Positions 47,730 through 50,215 of a DNA stretch of 50,215 bases are shown in pieces. The notes beneath the pieces were generated by a model that had not been told where the DNA came from, ran no database searches, and saw only the letters and a list, made by a program, of their open reading frames with translations. The stretch comes from Folioceros fuciformis (lineage: Eukaryota). Each line of letters begins with the position of its first letter. Positions within the stretch are counted from its first letter, which is position 1. A program made the translations under genes and the position numbers. The stretch covers positions 1 to 50,215 of the forward strand of contig JBNGIO010005972.1 in NCBI GenBank assembly GCA_049999805.1, in the 5' to 3' direction.

Positions 47730-49700
47730 ACATCACGCTTGACGAACGCTTCCAGACGATCGCCTGGTCCGCGTCCCCTGCAGTTTGTGGGAACTGCAGG
47801 GGACGCAGACCGCTTAACGCATAAGCGTCTTGGTACATGTTAGACACTCTTTGAAAGGCTAGGTGTCTATTCTCGACTCCTCCTGCACGGGCACTTTCGA
47901 GACTGCCTGATGCCGTGCCCAAGGAGTGCAATCACATCCCTGGAATGCTTGATCCGTGGTGCTACCCAAATACATACATGGTTGCACGGATCGATTGCAT
48001 GCAATATACAACCTTCACGTTGACACCTGCAGATCCGGTAACCAATTTTCTCAACGAAGGACTGGTCATCTCTGGAACTGCACTTGTCACCTCACTACGG
48101 GCGAGGCTAATGTTCAAAGATCGACATGCTTGCATCTCTAATCCCTGTAACAGTTCTGGTGTGGAAGCAAAACTCTAATCCCAGTTTTGATACCTTTAAT
48201 ACTATTTCAGAAAGAGTGACTTGTGCTACTTGAAGGTCACAAACACGAAAGTCGTGAGAGAGTAGCGTAGGGAGTCCCGTATGATGATTCCAGAAACAAG
48301 AGGAATGCCAATGAAAAGAAGCAACACTTTTGGCGATTTTTCAGCCACCCACCTGAATGCCCTGGCCTCTGTACACCACTTCCAGATGGAAGCGAGAAAG
48401 GAGAATACACAACACCATCTACATCACAAAATTGATAATGGTCACCAGTGTAGCACACAACTGTCCTTCTTTGGAATGGCCCAGGGATGTTCATTCCATA
48501 TGAGAACTATGGCAATGCCAAACAAAAAAACCCCCGGCCCTGTAGGGCTCAAGATCCGGGAGTGAGGCCCTAAGCAATACCTGTCATGAGTGCAGGGCCT
48601 ACAAGCTGAGGCCTAAGCACGATCTGTCAGGATTGCAGGCCCTGCAAGCTGTTTCAGGATGAGGCTCACCACCACATTTCGAGAAAGGTCACACCTGACC
48701 GTCTCATAAAGAACGTCGCACCGAACTGGAAACATCATAACCCATGGTCCTAAGGCACTAGGACAAGATGCGGGAGCCTCTTCTTGATTCCTTTCACATC
48801 TCCACAAGAGTCCGAAAGACGCAGTGTCGATACCATAGACGCCTTCTTCACCGTGCCTCTCACAGCTGCTATGAATAGTCTACATACCAAGTTAGCCAAG
48901 CAAACGTATGCGAAGTGACTACATGGCAGATTTTTAATTCACAAAGAGCTGCAATCTTCCATCAAATCCTCCACCAGCGACGACGGCTTCGTCCGCTCCA
49001 GGGTTTCCAACAACTTCGCATAACAGCTCCAACCCATTGGATAGCAATGCTGACACATACCTTGCAGATCGCTAACGTTGGCCGAGAGCCGTTACCAAAC
49101 CGCAGTTCCCTGCCGGAGTGTGGGCCAACACATCGTAACTGGAAGACTTCACTGGCGTATGAGACTACCCGCTTTGATGGTGCACCAATATACTGAATAA
49201 GCTCTCCAGGCTGCACAATAATGTCGGCCAGTGTTATTGAACCACTTGCCACAAATTTGCAACGCGAACCGCCATAGGTGGTCTGACTTTTGCAGGAGGC
49301 GGTTGCGAGGCAACGGAGCGGCAGAGAACCTCCACGTCATTGCTTCCAAGCCCGGTTTAGGACACCATTACGGCAAGGGAATGATTGCCTTCCGTACGCC
49401 TGAGAACTCCAGGAATCCGTCCCGTTGCCGGAGCCTGTACAGTTCGAACCATACACAAATTGGATAGAAGTTAGAAACCCACCTTGGAGCGAAGGTTATC
49501 AGCACTTGTAGACTGTCGGCAAACTCGCTTACAGAATACAGGTCCGTCATCCAGCTTTACAATCTTGGTGAGAAAGCAATTTGCCTGCCCTTTTTGGAAA
49601 TCGGATCTCCGAGAATTTCTATCAATTTCTTCCAATCAGGCGATCGTGCTCCCGCTCTAAGACTGTGACGGAGCGAACGGTGGATTACCTCTCCTCGTCC
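47730..49700 (-). pseudogene. Candidate multi-exon gene or pseudogene of unknown product
   Basis: Several protein-like segments flanked by plausible AG/GT sites (DWKKLIEILGDPISKKG; MTDLYSVSEFADSLQVLITFAPR; KFVASGSITLADIIVQPGELIQYIGAP; LLETLERTKPSLVEDLMEDC). No family recognised, and there is an in-frame TAA near 49558. Confidence 0.25.
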
Positions 49701-49813
49701 AAACACTAGATCACAACGTATGCCTTTTATGTGACCTCTCTACTAATCCCCTTTCCTCTTCATGCAATGCATTCGCTTTGCATACTTTCCATAGCTCTCG
49801 TGGACTAGCCAAT

Positions 49814-50215
49814 TGTGAACCTCCAAAGTTTGGGGTAGTGGTTTACGAACCTCCAAAGTTTGGGGTAGTGGTTTACGAACCTCCAAAGTTTGGGATAGTG
49901 GTTTGTTTTGGTTAAAAAAGGGTTAATAGTGGTATGGTTTGGTTTTCTTTTTTTATTTATTTTCCCTAATTTTCCTTTATTTTTTTGTTATTTTTTCTAA
50001 TTTTCTTGGTGCTAATTAGGTTATTTGACCAGTAAATGGTTGGTTTGGTTATTAGAGTGGGTATAGGTTTGGTCCCAGACCTGGGAAAGTTTAGGTCCAG
50101 TACCAGACTATAGGGTTGGGAAAGTTTGAGTTTAGCCTGCCGTCAGGCTGGCTGATTGTCTGGCTGGCTTGAACGGTCATGGAGGCCGTGCTCTAGCTAG
50201 GGCTAGAGGCAGGGG
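49814..50215 (+). mobile_element. Start of the same dispersed repeat (putative LTR), with a 30-bp near-terminal unit triplicated
   Basis: Begins TGTGAACCTCC. GAACCTCCAAAGTTTGGGGTAGTGGTTTAC-type units at 49817, 49847 and 49877. Inverted match to 1-489. Confidence 0.75.

Noticed and set aside
1-50215. One giant TIR transposon carrying all the genes
   Set aside because: The repeat termini face inward, a third copy is internal, and the cargo is ordinary intron-containing housekeeping genes.

Overview
Eukaryotic nuclear DNA from a compact-intron land plant, most likely a non-seed lineage such as a lycophyte, bryophyte or fern (inference from short GT-AG introns, a four-unit PsbY and a TRIM37 orthologue). 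The left ~32 kb is rich in transposable elements. It holds three tandem 3-exon polyphenol oxidase (PPO) genes with signal peptides, no C-terminal shield domain, no thioether Cys and no gatekeeper Phe. An 8.5-kb Mutator-like element (TIRs, 9-bp TSD, SWIM-type transposase remnant, nested LINE and copia pieces) splits the cluster. A full-length degenerate copia element, a pogo-like TIR element and several tandem repeats follow. The right ~18 kb is gene-dense: an 18-exon TRIM37-like RING/B-box/coiled-coil/MATH E3 ligase, an intronless multi-pass membrane protein, plastid phosphoserine phosphatase, RPL36, a four-unit PsbY polyprotein and DUS2. Both window ends lie in inverted copies of one repeat family. 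All gene models were spliced by eye, and homology calls come from remembered motifs, not database searches.
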